Assembly: GCA_034431995.1 (NCBI GenBank) | Contig: DAOUCN010000125.1 | Coordinates: forward strand, 1 to 51,064 | Length of the DNA stretch: 51,064 nucleotides | From: Chloroflexota bacterium | Lineage (GTDB): Bacteria > Chloroflexota > DTOL01 > DAOUCN01 | Direction of reading: 5' to 3' | Part shown: one piece after another, positions 50,386 to 51,064 of the stretch | How positions within the stretch are numbered: position 1 is the stretch's first letter | Layout of the letters: each line of letters opens with the position of its first letter | Translations under genes and position numbers: made by a program | Notes under the pieces: model-generated | Seen by the model: only the letters and a program-made list of their open reading frames with translations | Told to the model about the DNA's origin: nothing | The model's database searches: none

Positions 50386-50423
50386 GCAGACGGACGGCCA
50401 CCTCGGGGTCAGCCGTCCGCTGC
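50386..50423 (-). terminator. GC-rich stem-loop just after the stop of the 55-aa ORF (terminator-like, no U-tract)
   Basis: GCAGACGGACGGC / GCCGTCCGCTGC: 12 bp with one bulge and a 13-nt loop. Confidence 0.35.
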
Positions 50424-50430
50424 CACCAGA

Positions 50431-50598
50431 TCAGCACTTTTTGCCTTTGCCCTTCTTCTTCTTCTTCATGGCATACTCCTTGAAGTTGTAGAGCCCATAT
50501 CGCTTCGCGCTGGCGCGCTCAGCGGGCTCGGGGTTTGAGCTGATTGGGCCGACCAGCCCGATGGTGGCGAGTCCCCAGCCCAGCAGGAGATCGGTCAC
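50431..50598 (-). CDS. Small protein with an N-terminal hydrophobic segment and a poly-Lys tail (55 aa, VTDLLLGWGLATIGLVG...AMKKKKKGKGKKC)
   Basis: GTG start at 50598 overlapping the upstream stop (GTGA). An alternative short start is the ATG behind AAGGAG, giving MKKKKKGKGKKC. Contains element copy j. Confidence 0.35.
   Translation of the reverse strand: MTDLLLGWGLATIGLVGPISSNPEPAERASAKRYGLYNFKEYAMKKKKKGKGKKC
50501..50540 (-). repeat. Dispersed bipartite element, copy j
   Basis: Minus-strand reading GCTCAAACCCCGAGCCCGCTGAGCGCGCCAGCGCGAAGCG; hairpin GCGC-GCCA-GCGC. Confidence 0.85.
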
Positions 50599-50837
50599 GC
50601 GGGGACCTCGGGGGGCTTGTAGCCGACGGAGCGCCAGAGGCGGGCCAGGAAGGCGGGGTAGGCTTCGAGGACGAACAGGTCCCCGACCTCCGCAACGGTG
50701 ACGCGGGTGGCGCCGGAGCGGACGCCCGACGCCGGCCGGACACGGACGATGGCGGCCGTGCGGAGGACCTCGGAGTGGCTGTCTTCGGCCGTGCCCTCGG
50801 GGGAGATGAAGGTGGCGACGGTGCAGGCGATGAACAT
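50595..50837 (-). CDS. Hypothetical protein (80 aa)
   Basis: ORF 50595..50921 trimmed to the ATG at 50837 downstream of GAGGAG. Confidence 0.5.
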   Translation of the reverse strand: MFIACTVATFISPEGTAEDSHSEVLRTAAIVRVRPASGVRSGATRVTVAEVGDLFVLEAYPAFLARLWRSVGYKPPEVPA

Positions 50838-50978
50838 GGCGGCCGGGCTCCTCTGTGTGGTGGGGGGTACTGTAGCGCGGGCGAGGGTGGCGGTCCAGGA
50901 GATGGTGGATGTAAAGGGCAAAAGTGTGGGAAAAATGTAGACGATTACTCGGGGTGCTTGCCGCGCCGCGCGCGAAGT

Positions 50979-51064
50979 GCCTGGGGGGTGCGCCCCCCAC
51001 TACCCCCTCGCAGCGACCGAGGTGTCACAGCGACCGAGGTGTCACAGCGACCGAGGTGTCACAC
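50979..51064. repeat. Terminal direct repeat, right copy (partner 1..109)
   Basis: Same 33-nt head plus 17-bp units as at nt 1. The window ends inside the array. Confidence 0.85.
51012..51062 (+). repeat. Tandem array 3 x 17 bp (AGCGACCGAGGTGTCAC)
   Basis: Units at 51012-51028, 51029-51045 and 51046-51062. Confidence 0.95.

Noticed and set aside
50240-50491. A plus-strand ORF with good third-position GC bias (…RFRVAAEEKDEIDGVAVVAEHPDEFPALLEQTDGH…).
   Set aside because: There is no SD or ATG; only TTG or GTG starts are available. It runs across the minus-strand promoter, and its tail is simply the antisense of the poly-Lys codons. I leave it unannotated, but it could be rechecked with transcript data.
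2612-50540. The dispersed hairpin element as N4-style hairpin promoters for a virion RNA polymerase.
   Set aside because: The small stem and 3-nt loop are reminiscent. However, no ORF shows single-subunit or two-barrel RNAP motifs, and the largest protein is only 1155 aa. I keep this only as an analogy in the finding.
1-51064. tRNA genes, rRNA genes, an integrase or attachment site, or a lysogeny module.
   Set aside because: No cloverleaf-like segments or integrase/recombinase motifs were noticed on either strand. This is absence of evidence from reading by eye only. A tRNAscan and HMM run would be needed to confirm it.

Overview
This window reads as one essentially complete, GC-rich (roughly 60-65% by eye, not computed) tailed dsDNA phage genome of about 51 kb. 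It is bounded by an 86-109-bp direct terminal repeat that contains a 17-bp tandem array. The genes fall into three blocks. (i) 299-7729, minus strand: small early or accessory genes, ending in an operon that pairs an Amidoligase_2-type ligase with a class-II-GATase/Ntn-like enzyme. (ii) 8198-17856, plus strand: replication and recombination genes (Cas4/RecB-like nuclease, Sak4-like ATPase, DUF669-like SSB, DUF5664 dNTP-pyrophosphohydrolase-like protein, UDG-fused family-A DNA polymerase, P-loop helicase-like protein). (iii) 17858-50837, minus strand: packaging, lysis, fibre, head and internal-virion genes. This block holds a small terminase, a large terminase split into ATPase and nuclease ORFs by a nested 100-codon ORF, a metallophosphoesterase, a run of signal-peptide-bearing Cys-rich fibre/adhesin-like proteins, a holin-like protein plus an M15 endolysin, portal, scaffold, a decoration-like protein, an HK97-fold capsid protein, a large tail protein and three very large internal-virion-type proteins. 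I recognised no integrase, RNA polymerase, primase, tRNA, CRISPR array, tail sheath or tape measure, so the layout looks podovirus-like and lytic. The most striking non-coding signals are about 13 dispersed copies of a ~40-nt bipartite element (CAAACCCC box plus a covarying GC hairpin), GTATAC-core operator-like repeats, a (CT)10-(TG)13-(GA)6 microsatellite cluster in the divergent control region, and one near-consensus sigma70-type promoter upstream of the terminase genes. All functional calls rest on motif recognition by eye in the supplied translations, not on database searches. Each confidence value refers to the call as worded.
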